Notes: a model not told the origin generated them from the letters alone. A stretch of 63,591 bases of DNA, filler included, from Collodictyon triciliatum (GCA_043381765.1; 29 parts of 29 records of this genome joined end to end with filler, not necessarily neighbours in it); one strand, 5' to 3'; positions 38,451 to 50,741 are shown, counted from the first letter of the whole stretch. A program made the numbers and translations.

Positions 38451-39557
38451 GTTGTTTTTTAGCGAATTGTATACATATTTTGAAGGATTAAAAGAACTTT
38501 GTTGAGTATATTATTAGCGCTCTTAAAGTCCCTTGTCAAGAATACGCTTTGTTTGCTTTCTGACCGATTGGATTCTTTACATATGAGACATCTATATACA
38601 TTATTTTTTGTATTTCCTTTCAGTGTCATATATTCCAGTTCTTTTTTGTAGTTACAACACATCTTGGAGTTATAAATTCATCTACGCTAACTGGTTCAAT
38701 ACGTTTGGATAATATTTTCGTAATACTCTATTGATTGATGGCATAAAATGTTTCATCTGACATTTTCTGCTCCAGTCTCCATACACCAGCATGACATCCT
38801 TATCAAATGTCTTTTCGATTCGGTCCATAAATAACTGTTCACTTCTTTTTGCATTAGCATACTGTCTCCATCTCATCTTTCGAAAAGTTACTTGTTCATA
38901 AAATATGGATAGTTCTATCTGGTATCTTGGTTCCATAGATACATATTTCCGAAATTTTCATAATCGACCGTGCGTGATTTATGTTTACTCAGTTCTGTCT
39001 CTAAATCGATTAAAGATGCTCTTGATGTCTCAAACCGCTGATTCTCTTCAAAAGACATGTGACCAAAAGAAACAGCACTTTTTAAACCTGTTGCCATGTA
39101 TATCCCTGAAGCATTGTACTTTTCTTTTTTTTTTCTCGCACAAGAGTATTTTGTGATTTCCAAGAGATTTGCTATCATGTCTTCTTTGGTGTGCCGTGCA
39201 ACGTAATTGCCTGTCTCATCCACCATGTAAACAATTTTAAACTTGCCTGCGTCCACTCCAACTATATTTTTTCGCTAATAAAGATACCCGCTCTTCGGAA
39301 AGTTCATGTATATGGACATATTTTTGATTTTTTTGTTTATATTTGATTTTTGAATTTGAAATACCTTCCTTCTCAAACAATAATGACACCGCCAACCCGT
39401 CTCTTTGTATCATGTATTTAAAATTGTAGTCTGTTCGATGAAAACACCTCTTGTTTATTTCAAAGAAATTATCACATAGTGTCTCTTTGCATTTTGATAT
39501 ATTCTTCATTAATGGTTTTTCAGATAATGCCAATAGACCTATCAAACATGCGGTATC
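38328..39557 (-). mobile_element. Fanzor1 element, pseudogenised copy B (5' part interrupted by a retroelement)
   Basis: Colinear with copy A: DTACLI, RDGLAVS, GVDAGK, YGDWS, VDEF, TRDFKSANNI, and the same 3' non-coding scaffold. Confidence 0.9.
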
Positions 39558-39565
39558 AAAAAAAA

Positions 39566-39805
39566 TTCCTTTATTCGATTCAAAGTGTAGCGAGGTTATG
39601 TGATACAAAGGGGCGGGATGGGAGCGCATGGGAGAGAGCAAACGCGAGTAGGAGAAGACACTACCGTGGAGAGGGTAGCACTGGGAAGAAATCAGTGATA
39701 GCGAGTTGGTCAGGTGGGCGTCCCAACTGGTTGATTGGTTGCGTGGGTAGCAGGGGTTGGATATGCTGTGGGAGATATCGCACGACACATTCCCACATCT
39801 CCCTC
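39566..39805 (-). mobile_element. 3' end of the same retroelement family as 13323-13612, abutting the truncated Fanzor B ORF
   Basis: Reverse complement closely matches 13368-13605. Confidence 0.75.
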
Positions 39806-40442
39806 NNNNNNNNNNNNNNNNNNNNNNNNNNNNNNNNNNNNNNNNNNNNTTAATTAATTAANNNNNNNNNNNNNNNNNNNNNNNNNNNNNNNNNNNNNNN
39901 NNNNNGGGCTGAAGTCATCTTTCTTATTTAATTTACTGAATTAGTCTTACATAGAGCGGTTCCATTCATAATCGACTTGAATACTAGATGTTTTCATTCA
40001 ATATATTAATTATAGCTAAGACTTCACGGAGCTATCATTCGATTTACGTCATGCAGCAAGTAGATATTAATGAACCATAAATGCTTAAATGCAGGTGGAA
40101 ATAAGAAATGTAATAAGGAGAACCATTTCTCTGCGAAATTCGATTCTGCTTCTTTCTTTCTTTTCTGTGGTTTCTGTTGCTCTAGTGAGCGTGGTTCCGT
40201 CATATACGTTTGGTTTTTCGGTATAGGCATTAATTAGTTATATAAAATTGTACTTGTTTTTTTTGTAAATTAATGGATCTAGTCGTTGTAATTTTTTGAT
40301 GAAATTTCACTAAAATATGAGCTTAACGATATAGTCTATCGATGATGTTTCTGATCAATTACAAAAACAGGTAGAATTGGAGCTTTCTTATTTTTAAAAT
40401 GTCTGAAAAGTGTGGATTTTTTTTAACAAAGATACAAATTAG

Positions 40443-42018
40443 ACTGTGGAGCGCATTCGTCAAGAAATACAGGCATCACTTGACATTCCTCACGATTTGC
40501 TTAGAGGTTTTGAGCCAACTGTGTTTCAAATGAACTTAGATAATAATGGCTTAAAGTGTGATAACTTTGCGGCACGTTTAATGATATTCGGAATTGTAGA
40601 GGTATGAACTTATCTCTATTTACTTGCTATTTTAACAAGCAGTGCCCCTAAATAACAAAATGTATTGAACATGTATTTTAGAAATCTAAATTTCTCTCCC
40701 AAGCCTTATTTGGAACTGAGGATGGTAGCTTATTGGGTATATCTTTTCATATATTGTAGCATGAGATAAAACAGTTTTTTAAAATAACTAAAATTTAGCT
40801 TATTTGATAAATAATTATGAAAATATTTATTAGTTTACTATAACAACGGAGTTGAAACTGTGCTGTTGTGCTCAGCTCCGGAAACAAATTACGAATTCAG
40901 GGGAGCACTCATTACCAGAGCCACGAGAATGACACCTTTTAGTGAACTTAATATAAGCAATACGTTTCTTGGATACAACGCTACAACATTCCCTTGGTGA
41001 TAATTTTACATTAGGCCAACTAATTTTAATTTCAAACTTCAAACAAAACAACGTTTTGTTGATATCAAAATAATATAAAAATTTTAACGAAGGTATACAG
41101 CGACAAAAATAAAGAACAGCGCAAGTTGGGGCCCTGTTTTTACTGCAAGCGGAATCGATCGCGTTTATTTGCTTATAAATGCCGGTAGACCAATATTCGA
41201 TGACCATGAGGAAAGTAATATAAGCTTACATGAATATCCATATATTAATTTATAGAAGATATTGAAATATTTGATCACTTGATTTGACTACCACATTTCA
41301 CAAATTAATAAACAACAAAAAAAACTATACTCAATTTAGATAATTTTCTGATTTTGACATCTATATTACGTTCGAAAAAAGCAAAATTTGTAGGTGTCTC
41401 TAGCGCTGGGATGAGGTTGGACTTGGTAAATGAAATATTGGGGAGCATCAAAATTACTGATAATGGTGAAGCATATATTCTTCAAAAGGTAATCAAATAA
41501 AATCAACATTAAACAATATATAATTATCATTTTGCAAAAATAGTGAAAAGAAAATTAACTGAATATCGAATTTCAAGGATGGATCCATCATCGCAAATAC
41601 TTTTGATGTCCCTGTAGTTGATAGAGATACCAATATGGTTCATTATAAGGATTCCAAAAACCAACTCATGATTAAGTCCGCAGATGTAATATAGTATTTT
41701 TTATGAATATAATCACCTCTTGATGACAACTTATAAACGCCGATTAAATAAAACTGCAGAAGTTGAAGAAATTGCCCGATGCAAGTTTCGAAGCTATCCA
41801 AGGCATAAAAACGTTTTCCATTTACAAAGGAGATGAAGAATATTTCACTTTTGCTACAACATTAGTTGATCCTAGAGGAGGCTTAGAATGGGTATATAAT
41901 CAAATAAATATTTGCATAATGTTAACTGAATCATATATATACTCATGTTTGAAAACTAATCCTTAACATAAATTAATAGACAGTTGTCATTCTGATTCCT
42001 CGCAGTGATATCTTCGCT
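40443..42018 (+). CDS. Intron-containing dCache_1 extracellular sensor domain protein (partial)
   Basis: Spliced: FGTEDGSLLG..YNATTFPW|YTATKIKNSASWGPVF..PIFD..FVGVSSAGMRLDLVNEILGSIKITDNGEAYILQK|DGSIIAN..GGLEW|TVVILIPRSDIF. Confidence 0.75.
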
Positions 42019-42994
42019 NNNNNNNNNNNNNNNNNNNNNNNNNNNNNNNNNNNNNNNNNNNNTTAATTAATTAANNNNNNNNNNNNNNNNNNNNNNNNNN
42101 NNNNNNNNNNNNNNNNNNATAAAATACTCGATACGAAGAAACCAAGCTATCCATACAGTAAGCACCCTCCAAAAAGTCATATAAGTTGGCTGCCTATTAA
42201 AAATTTTCATGTGACTGTGTCTATACATATTGAACACAATATTTAGTTATTAAACTATTCATCATTATAAACGTTAGCATCTGCATTAATCAAAATAAAA
42301 AGTAAAAAAAATCCTTCAAAACTGGCCTGTGTAAAGGTTTTTTGGCCGCAGGTAAAAACGTTTTCCACGGATTTACATTCTCGATATAACACTGTAGAAA
42401 AACACCAAATAAAATCGCGCGTTCATATATATTGGTAGACAAATGGGCGGATTATAGCGTCAAACAAATATGAGCTCTACGACATAAAAACAAGAGTAAA
42501 AAAGAAATACAAGTGATTAGCGAAGAAGCGAAGCATATCAGACGTGTTTTTTGGGGGATTGTGAAGCAAAAGCAGAGTCAAATATTCTTATTTTTGCTTT
42601 ATTGTTATTTGCCCAGTCGCGTTGCACACAATGATTTATGATACAAAAAAGTAGAAAGTAAAAAAAAAGCATGTGTTTCCAGAAGCTTTAGATTTATGAA
42701 TATAATAGAATTGTGTTTAATCCGTCTTGATGGAGCACACGACTGAATGGACGCCACTGAATGCTACCTATCACTGGACATATACCATAAGACATAATCT
42801 TGTTTTGGATATACACTACTAGGCGGGGTGGCATAACATACGACCCATGCTCGTTCTCTCTTTTTTCACATGCCGCAGTCAATAGAAAACAAAGTATTAT
42901 ATGTCGATATCACACAGAGTGAATCATTTGCTTTTTCTATATTTTTTATGTTCTGGTTTGCATTTATTTTGTTTTGGCAGTGTTTTCGGCTGCT

Positions 42995-43037
42995 TGACAT
43001 TATTTATATATTAATATTAAATATATAAATAATGTCA
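42995..43037. repeat. Perfect 18-bp inverted repeat with a 7-nt spacer
   Basis: TGACATTATTTATATATT-AATATTA-AATATATAAATAATGTCA. Confidence 0.95.
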
Positions 43038-43427
43038 CTTTATTTCTCTCGACCTATTTATACCCCTATTTCACGGTCTTTCATACCATATATGGCGAGT
43101 ACGGTACCTTTTTAGACGCTTCTAGACGCTTCTATTCCCATATAAGGCGATACCAATGTGGAATATAAACAATCTAAATTAATTCGCTGATACCAAATGT
43201 GGAATATAAAGAATAAAAATTTATTTGCTGATACCATATGCGGTATCTTTGCGCTGGCCCACCTGGCCCAAAAATCCCAAAAATTTCACGCAAAAAACTT
43301 GTTTGCCTGTGTAGATTTTTTTACACGATGATTAAAAAAAACATACGCGAGAATATATATTTACCCCTAAATTTTGGGATAAGTATATAAAAAATGGGCC
43401 AGCCTTCAACTCCCCCCTGACTTTTTT

Positions 43428-43736
43428 TTACCATAAATAATTCCAAGACCAATATAAGGCACTGGTAGGGTCATCCTTAATTTTTTCATACTGAGAACCA
43501 AAGCGTGACCTGAAATTATCCAGGCGCTTTTTATCATTATGGTCTAAGTGTGAGTACTGTTTAAACTTATCTTTGTAATGCTCCATCGATACATCCCCAA
43601 ATCTCACAGGGGCTGATAGCAGATATTTGTCTCCCATTTTGCTTGCAGTCCACGCGACATATTTATGTTTGCCATCGTCCGCTTTTTTAATTCTATACAA
43701 TCTTTTGTCAATTTTTATATCCTTGTACCAGTCCAT
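43428..43736 (-). CDS. Tlr6F-like / DUF5754-like small viral protein
   Basis: KHKY..VRFGD..MEHYKD..HLDHNDKKRLDNFRSR..SALYWSWNYLW, the pattern I recognise from PLV/virophage/NCLDV small proteins. Confidence 0.75.
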   Translation of the reverse strand: MDWYKDIKIDKRLYRIKKADDGKHKYVAWTASKMGDKYLLSAPVRFGDVSMEHYKDKFKQYSHLDHNDKKRLDNFRSRFGSQYEKIKDDPTSALYWSWNYLW

Positions 43737-43742
43737 ACATTC

Positions 43743-43907
43743 TTAAATATTTATTTTTTCAAGCTCAATCTCAGGACTAGGCTCACGCGTTTCCATCACG
43801 CTACCACAACACTGAGACTTACGAACGTGTTTTAAATAATACTTCATCGCACGCTCAGCAATCAAACATAAATTAATAATCAACGATACAATTAACACCG
43901 GGTCCAT
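43743..43907 (-). CDS. 54-aa viral-type membrane protein with a KSxCCG motif (absent from the ORF track)
   Basis: MDPVLIVSLIINLCLIAERAMKYYLKHVRKSQCCGSVMETREPSPEIELEKINI*. Confidence 0.7.
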   Translation of the reverse strand: MDPVLIVSLIINLCLIAERAMKYYLKHVRKSQCCGSVMETREPSPEIELEKINI

Positions 43908-43923
43908 ACAATTAAAAAGAAAA

Positions 43924-44243
43924 TTATGAAAGCTCGTAAAGATGCCACGCGTGGCCTCCTGCTATTCTATCTCTGAAAACACACTTCCAATATTTATATA
44001 CAGCTGCATTAGCAGCAACCACATCAGCATTGCTACTCCCACTAATAACTGTTTGGTTTGCTCCTGCATTAATTCGTAAATCAACTGATGTGTCATTTTT
44101 AAAATTAACTTTACCAGTAAGTGTTGAAGATGTTGCAAGGTAAAATGTAAAACCATCATAGTCCTCTTGACTGCCTCCTTGTGTAACTAAATTTTTAAAT
44201 GCAACTGTTGTAGTATTTTCACGAGTTAATAAAACTTCCTCCG
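43924..44243 (-). CDS. C-terminus of a putative viral fibre/structural protein (5'-partial)
   Basis: Open frame EEVLLTRENTTTVAFKN..YDGFTFYLATSSTLTGKVNF..YWKCVFRDRIAGGHAWHLYELS*; rich in T/S/G/N/V, beta-like. Confidence 0.5.
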
Positions 44244-44501
44244 NNNNNNNNNNNNNNNNNNNNNNNNNNNNNNNNNNNNNNNNNNNNTTAATTAATTAAN
44301 NNNNNNNNNNNNNNNNNNNNNNNNNNNNNNNNNNNNNNNNNNNAAATAAAAAACAAATAAAAAACAAATAAAAAACAAATAAAAAACAAATAAAAAACAA
44401 ATAAAAAACAAATAAAAAACAAATAAAAAACAAATAAAACAAAAAAAAAACAAAAAAACAAAAAAACAAGAGTAGCTCTCGGACACTTAAACTCACCCAA
44501 A

Positions 44502-45133
44502 GACATGATTTTCCGCCCAACCAGATTCCTGGAAGCGACCTTCAAGACCCACTCACATACCGCATCCTCTTCAACGAAGGGGGCTCATACGACTTCTACG
44601 AGCAGATGGTGGACGCCATAGACAGAGCAGGCCGTAACACCCCACCGCAAAGAACCCAGACACTACCTGGACCTCAGCGAAGCCAGCCAACCCCACATCT
44701 GCCGAGCCCGCTACCTGGCGGCCCTCCGGGTTCGCACATGCACCCCGGCCAGTATCTGCAGTTTGGAGCAGGGCCCAACACCGCATATAATCCGCCAATA
44801 GTGATTCAAGTGCCTTTCCCCGCGCAGCACGGAGCGCCTCCGCAACTGCCCATGAATGCGCAGATACCCGTCCAAATGTTTGGCCAATCTGCATATCCAC
44901 CACACGGGCACCCTTACTCTGTTCCGCATCAACAGCAGATGTTGTTTCCACGCCAGGCTCCGCCCCATGGCTCCGTCACCCTCCAAGCACCGCCGAATCC
45001 GCTTACCTTGGAAGACCCGCTCAAGTGCGCCTACATCGACCCTTCGAATCCGTTTACGATATACATCGTCGAAACTCCGCCCATGCAGAGCCCATCACGG
45101 CCCGCACAAAGCATCTCTGCCCCACCAAAATGA
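44502..45133 (+). CDS. WBP2/UPF0664-like protein, last exon (end of GRAM-like domain plus Pro-rich tail)
   Basis: YRILFNEGGSYDF and AYIDPSNPFTIY motifs flanking a Pro/Gln-rich region. Confidence 0.65.
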
Positions 45134-45359
45134 GAAGAAAAAAAAGGTTAGCTACCAGAACAGAAGGGACAGAAAGAACAAAAACAAAGCCCATTCGCTA
45201 GGACGTGCTGGTGGCAAATAAAAAATTGTAGCCATGTTGCAAAGGACCGGGAGAAGGCAGTGGTTGACTGGAAGAGGACTATGCCGAAGCCAAAAGATAT
45301 AGCAATAAAAAAAAAATAGTGAATGCTGCGTTGCATGGTACTACTGGAAAAACAAAGTC

Positions 45360-45376
45360 CGCTCCCAGGTGGGCTC

Positions 45377-45413
<37 letters not shown>

Positions 45414-45432
45414 CCGGTTGCGCCATGGAAGC
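45360..45432 (-). tRNA. tRNA-Asn(GTT)
   Basis: 73-nt cloverleaf: acceptor GCTTCCA/TGGGAGC, anticodon arm TTCGG-CTGTTAA-CCGAA, GGTTCGAGCC T-arm, downstream T-run. Confidence 0.96.
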
Positions 45433-45767
45433 TTTCTTGTGAAGGTAGAAATATTGACTATAATTATTGACTATTTTATGGAGTATTGTGGCTTTGAGCT
45501 CGCTGTTTCCGTTCTCTTGGAAGCCCAAAGAAAAGAAGTGTGGAGCAAAAACCGAAGAAGGCAAAAAAAAGCGTCATGTGTTGCGATAAATGAGGAATGA
45601 TGAGAATGCTCCATTTTTTTTTCTATTGCACCCCCGACTTTACTCGCAGGCATTCTTTGCACGCAGCCGACTTGTCCTTTCCAGCCGCAGGCGTGCCCAG
45701 AAGGAAACACAAGAGCCAAGCTCGAGAACGTGTCCAAAAATACCAACCGAAGTTCAGTCCTCCGCAG

Positions 45768-46317
45768 ATGCAAAGCCCCGTCCAGCAAGCTTGGAATGAG
45801 GCTCCACTGGCCGGCCAAAGCGTCTGCACCGGAGCAGAAGCCGCCACGCACTGGAGGGTCATTGCCTTGAAGGATTCTGCTCAGAATCAGTCTGTGTTTT
45901 GCAATAACATGGTCGTCACTTCAAAGTATCACATATGGAGTTTCCTGCCGGTGAATCTGTTCGAGCAGTTCAGAAGACTCGCAAACTTTTACTTCCTTTG
46001 CATCGCAGTCTTGCAGGTGAATGTGGCTGTGGCGCGTCATGTGTGCTGCTCTATGCAAAAAACTTGAGCGAGAGCGCTCGAGTTGATATGACTGCTTTTT
46101 TTCATACCCGCACATCCTTGTCTGCTGCATGTGTCCAATATCTAACCACGCTCTTTTTTTTTTTCTAACAGGATGGTTCACCCTCTATCTTATATATGTA
46201 ACATTAACTGTATGATAGGCTATCCCCAATGTCTCTCCGGTTGATCCGTGGACGAGCATTCTACCACTCGTATTCGTCCTTGGTGTATCTGCCATTAAAG
46301 AGGCACGCGAGGATTAT
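45768..46317 (+). CDS. P4-type phospholipid-transporting ATPase, first two exons (45768-46016, 46219-46317)
   Basis: [61 protein letters not shown]. Confidence 0.93.
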
Positions 46318-46556
46318 GTAATCAGCACCTATTATCATCATTATCATTATCATTATCATTATCATTATCATTATCATTATCATTATCATTATCATTATCA
46401 TTATCATTATCATTATCATTATCATTATCATTATCATTATCATTATCATTATCATNNNNNNNNNNNNNNNNNNNNNNNNNNNNNNNNNNNNNNNNNNNNT
46501 TAATTAATTAANNNNNNNNNNNNNNNNNNNNNNNNNNNNNNNNNNNNNNNNNNNNA

Positions 46557-46652
<96 letters not shown>

Positions 46653-46959
46653 AGAAAGAAAGAAGAAAGAAAGAAGAAAGAAAGAAGAGAGAAAGAAGAG
46701 AGAAAGAAGAGAGAAAAAGAGAGAAAATAAAAACAAATACACTTAAACTATATTGAAAAAACTGCAACGTATTTACATATAACTGCTGCCTGAGAGAGCT
46801 TGCGAATGAGCGGTGATGCTCTAGTTCTGCTTGGATGTCGGGAGGCTATTGTAAATAAAGCATTATAATAATAAATGTATTGATAAACAGAAATCGATTC
46901 AATCATATAAGAAACATAGGCTCGTTAATTATGTGGGCTGCTATGATGTATTAATCTAC

Positions 46960-48390
46960 AAACATGTTCTCCATAGTTGAATGTTGGGTTAGTTTGAAGT
47001 CGAATATCGCTGATGATCTGATTGGCCAGATTTTCCAAGACAGATGAAACAGCAGCCTGAATTTGACGATGATTCGAAGTATTTGTCTCTTCACCCGGAA
47101 CGGAATCCATCTGGTCGATTTGGACGTGGAGTTGTTTAAAATAAAAACTAAAATAAAACAGACAAACACTGTGCGATGGGTATACACAAAGTCTACTGCA
47201 TTAATTCTGCACAATTCAGCTTATACAAGCCTCAAACATGATTCATACTATAATCTACATAATGAAATGCATTTTTATCATGTATAACTACATTAAGGAA
47301 TCCCTTTCTGTGCTACTTAAGTCATAATTTTTTAAAATGTATGGCGCTCTACTATATAATTATGATAATTTTAATCATAAACCCTTCTTGGCGCAGAACT
47401 TGGTCGTGGCATTGCAGAAAGACCTTTCGTATCCTATTCACCAAAGTGTTAAGACAGGGTAGAATTTGCAAATAGGTTTATTATGAACCAGGAATTGAAA
47501 AAAAAAACAGTGGAAAAAAAAAAGAAAAAGAAGAGGTAAAAGTTATTCACACAATCTTACGATAATAAAACAATAAATTCAACCTTTTGGGAGAGCATGA
47601 TCTTAATTTTTTTGTCAATCTCCACACCCGCATCGGTCACTGCACGAGCATATGCCTGGGTGACATTGGCCACTACAGTTGGACTTCCTGTCCGCCCTAA
47701 TATATCACGTGATAAATCTACCGAACCACGTATTTTTCCTGCTGTACTTGGGCGTGGGGCTGTTGGCAGCCCTGCCATGAGAGTAGAACTAATATTTGCA
47801 TCAGGGTCGATATCCAGGCCTTCAAACATATCCGTCAGCTCCACACGAGCTGTAGCCAGCCGGCTTTCAATCTGTTGTAGCAAAATCTCGCTCTGACTCA
47901 AATCTCGATCCAGTTGGCTGACCTGTGCATATCTATCTGAAGGGGACGCACTGCGAGGCTGATAAGCAAAGAAATGTGAACAAAGAAATATGGGCACAAA
48001 TACAAGAAGAGGTGTTTGAGCGTTATCCAGCCTTATATGGCAGAGGTGAATGTGAATATATCTGCATTTCCCCTCTTGTTTTCTCAAATTAATTATCGGT
48101 ACATTTTTTATTTTAAGCATGCAAGTCTTAAAAATGAGTATATGCTATGAATACGAATAAATATTATAAGGGTAAATAATTAGAAGAGCATGAATGATGT
48201 CACTGGAAACAAGCATAAAGAAAAAAAATGATAATTGCTGAATAAACAATGAATAATGGTAAACTCACACGCAGTTTCAAAGTATTTGTAGGATCGTTGG
48301 TATGAGCCGTTGAAGTAGAAGTTTTCTGTGTTGCTTTGCCTCGGTGCCGCACTTGCGGAGGCGTTTTTGCCTCCATCTGGGCTGTCTGCA
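46960..48390 (-). CDS. Internal exons of a hypothetical coiled-coil protein
   Basis: GT-AG-bounded open exons, e.g. PRSASPSDRYAQVSQLDRDLSQSEILLQQIESRL..MLSQK. Confidence 0.55.
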
Positions 48391-49144
48391 AGTGATTTTT
48401 GTATAAAATATCGATTATGGGACTTTATAGATCTCAAGTATCTGCTAGGGCTATTACATTTCTATTTTGATTATTTTTGAATGTTTATTGTACTGAATAG
48501 TTCTACAATACCACTTCAATCATCTGGAAAAAAAGAAAAGAAAGAACTAATACTAATACTAATACTAATACTAATAAAATTACTAATAAAATTACTAATA
48601 AAATTACTAATAAAATTACTAATAAAATTACTAATAAAATTACTAATAAAATTACTAATAAAATTACNNNNNNNNNNNNNNNNNNNNNNNNNNNNNNNNN
48701 NNNNNNNNNNNTTAATTAATTAANNNNNNNNNNNNNNNNNNNNNNNNNNNNNNNNNNNNNNNNNNNNTAAGAAAAAATAAGAAAAAATAAGAAAAAATAA
48801 GAAAAAATAAGAAAAAATAAGAAAAAATAAGAAAAAATAAGAAAAAATAAGAAAAAATAAGAAAAATAAGAAAAAAATAAGAAAAAATAAGAAAAAATAA
48901 GAAAAATAAGAAAATAGAAAAATAAGAAAAAAGAAAAATAAGAAAAAGAAAAATAAGAAAAAAGAAAAATAAGAAAAAAGAAAAATAAGAAAAAAGAAAA
49001 ATAAGAAAAAAGAAAAACAAGAAAAAACAAGAAAAAACAAGAAAAAACAAGAAAAAACAAGAAAAAACAAGAAAAAACAAGAAAAAACAAGAACGCTCAA
49101 ATATGCATTTATTTTTATCTTTTATCCCAATCCCTCCCAGCCAA

Positions 49145-50574
49145 ATGCCTCCCAAGAAGAAAGAAAAGCCGACCAAGCCGGAGCCTCCACCGGTTCCTCC
49201 ACCAGCCGATCCCGAAGCCGAACTCGCAGTATTGCAGTTCCAACATCGGAATCTCAAGCAGAAGTTTGAGAAACTGTAAGATGCTCGTTCCTCTTTCCTT
49301 GTACATCGGGCTCTTTATATCCCCGTTGCGCAGTCTCATTTCCCCCTTTATTCTTTCCATGCTGCCTCTGCATACGATTCGACGTTGTTTTATATCATTC
49401 CAAATAGATACCATTTATATGGTGTAATGTGATACCTATTATTCTTTTTTCTTTTTTCTTTGTAAGATTGATGCTTTTATTACACAACTGATTTATCGTG
49501 ACCAATTATTTGATTAATACATTTAATTCTTATTTCGATTGCTGCAATTATGTTAAATTGTTAATGCATGAAAACATCTTCACGCATCTATCATAACATG
49601 TGTTGCATCCTTTTCATAATTGTGCGATTGATTATTGCAAAAATATAGGGAGCGAAAACTTTATGAGTTAAATCAAGACAACGAACGCTTAAAAGCAGAC
49701 CTGGTTAGGCGAGGAGAAGATCGAGTAAGCATGATGCTGCACTTTAACTTTCTGGTTACCAGTCTGAAGATTGCCCAAAGAAAATCATTTTTTCTCACTA
49801 GTAACTGATCTTTCATATGCCTTTTTATCGTTCTTCTCATCATGTCTTTATATCCCATTCAACATATTATTTGAAGGATGATTTGTATGAAGAAATGAAG
49901 AGGATGATCGACGAAAGGGAAGACGATAGAAATCGGAATCTGGACAGAGCTATTCGCGCTGAAGAGGAGAAAGAAAGGGCTGAATTAGAATTAGGTGAAT
50001 CCTCTTCTGCATTCTGCTTTCGTTCACTTTAATGACTTTTATGAACACATCTCCATGCAGCCCTCTTGTGATATTTATGAGTACAGTGTTAATTTATCAA
50101 GCACTAAGTTGTTTGAGGAATTCTACCATTTCTTTCATTGGATTTATTCAAATGAACAATCACCTTTGAATCGAATAAAGTAAAATAAAATAACCAAATA
50201 AACAGTCGACCTCTAAAACTCCAATTCATCATCCCAAATTCATATCAGAAAGTAAGTTGGAGGCTGAGAAACAAAGTTCTATCGAGCAGATAAACAAGTT
50301 GAAAGAAAAGGTATTTTAGCTTATTTAAACAATATTATATATCATTCTTGACATGCGCTTTTCCTATACCAATACATACGAACATCATCATTACCTGATT
50401 CATAAGCCTATTAGCATGGAATCGAAAGTGAAAAAAAAAATACTGGCTCTGTGGCCCATGAAATCAAGAAGAAATTCCTGTTATACAATAATACACTTTT
50501 CTTCTCGTACATTTAAACAGATATCGATGTTAGAGGATGAGCTGCAAGAATTACATGATTTCAAGACACAAAAA
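49145..50574 (+). CDS. CFAP157/BBOF1-like ciliary coiled-coil protein, 5' exons
   Basis: Spliced MPPKKKEK..LQFQHRNLKQKFEKLERKLYEL..DDLYEEMKRMID..LEDELQELHDFKTQK is colinear with the CFAP157 N-terminus as I recall it (..LAALEEFRLQK). Confidence 0.6.
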
Positions 50575-50652
50575 GTACTTTCATAAATTTTATGTTTTCA
50601 ATCTATCTATCCTTTTCAAACGTATATACCACATAAACAAGAAACAAAAAAA

Positions 50653-50741
<89 letters not shown>

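Larger units (their letters stand above)
42995..44243 (-). mobile_element. Terminal part of an endogenous Polinton-like virus / virophage-type element
   Basis: Three intronless, co-oriented ORFs separated by 16 and 6 nt, followed by a repeat-rich non-coding terminus and a long palindrome. Confidence 0.7.
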
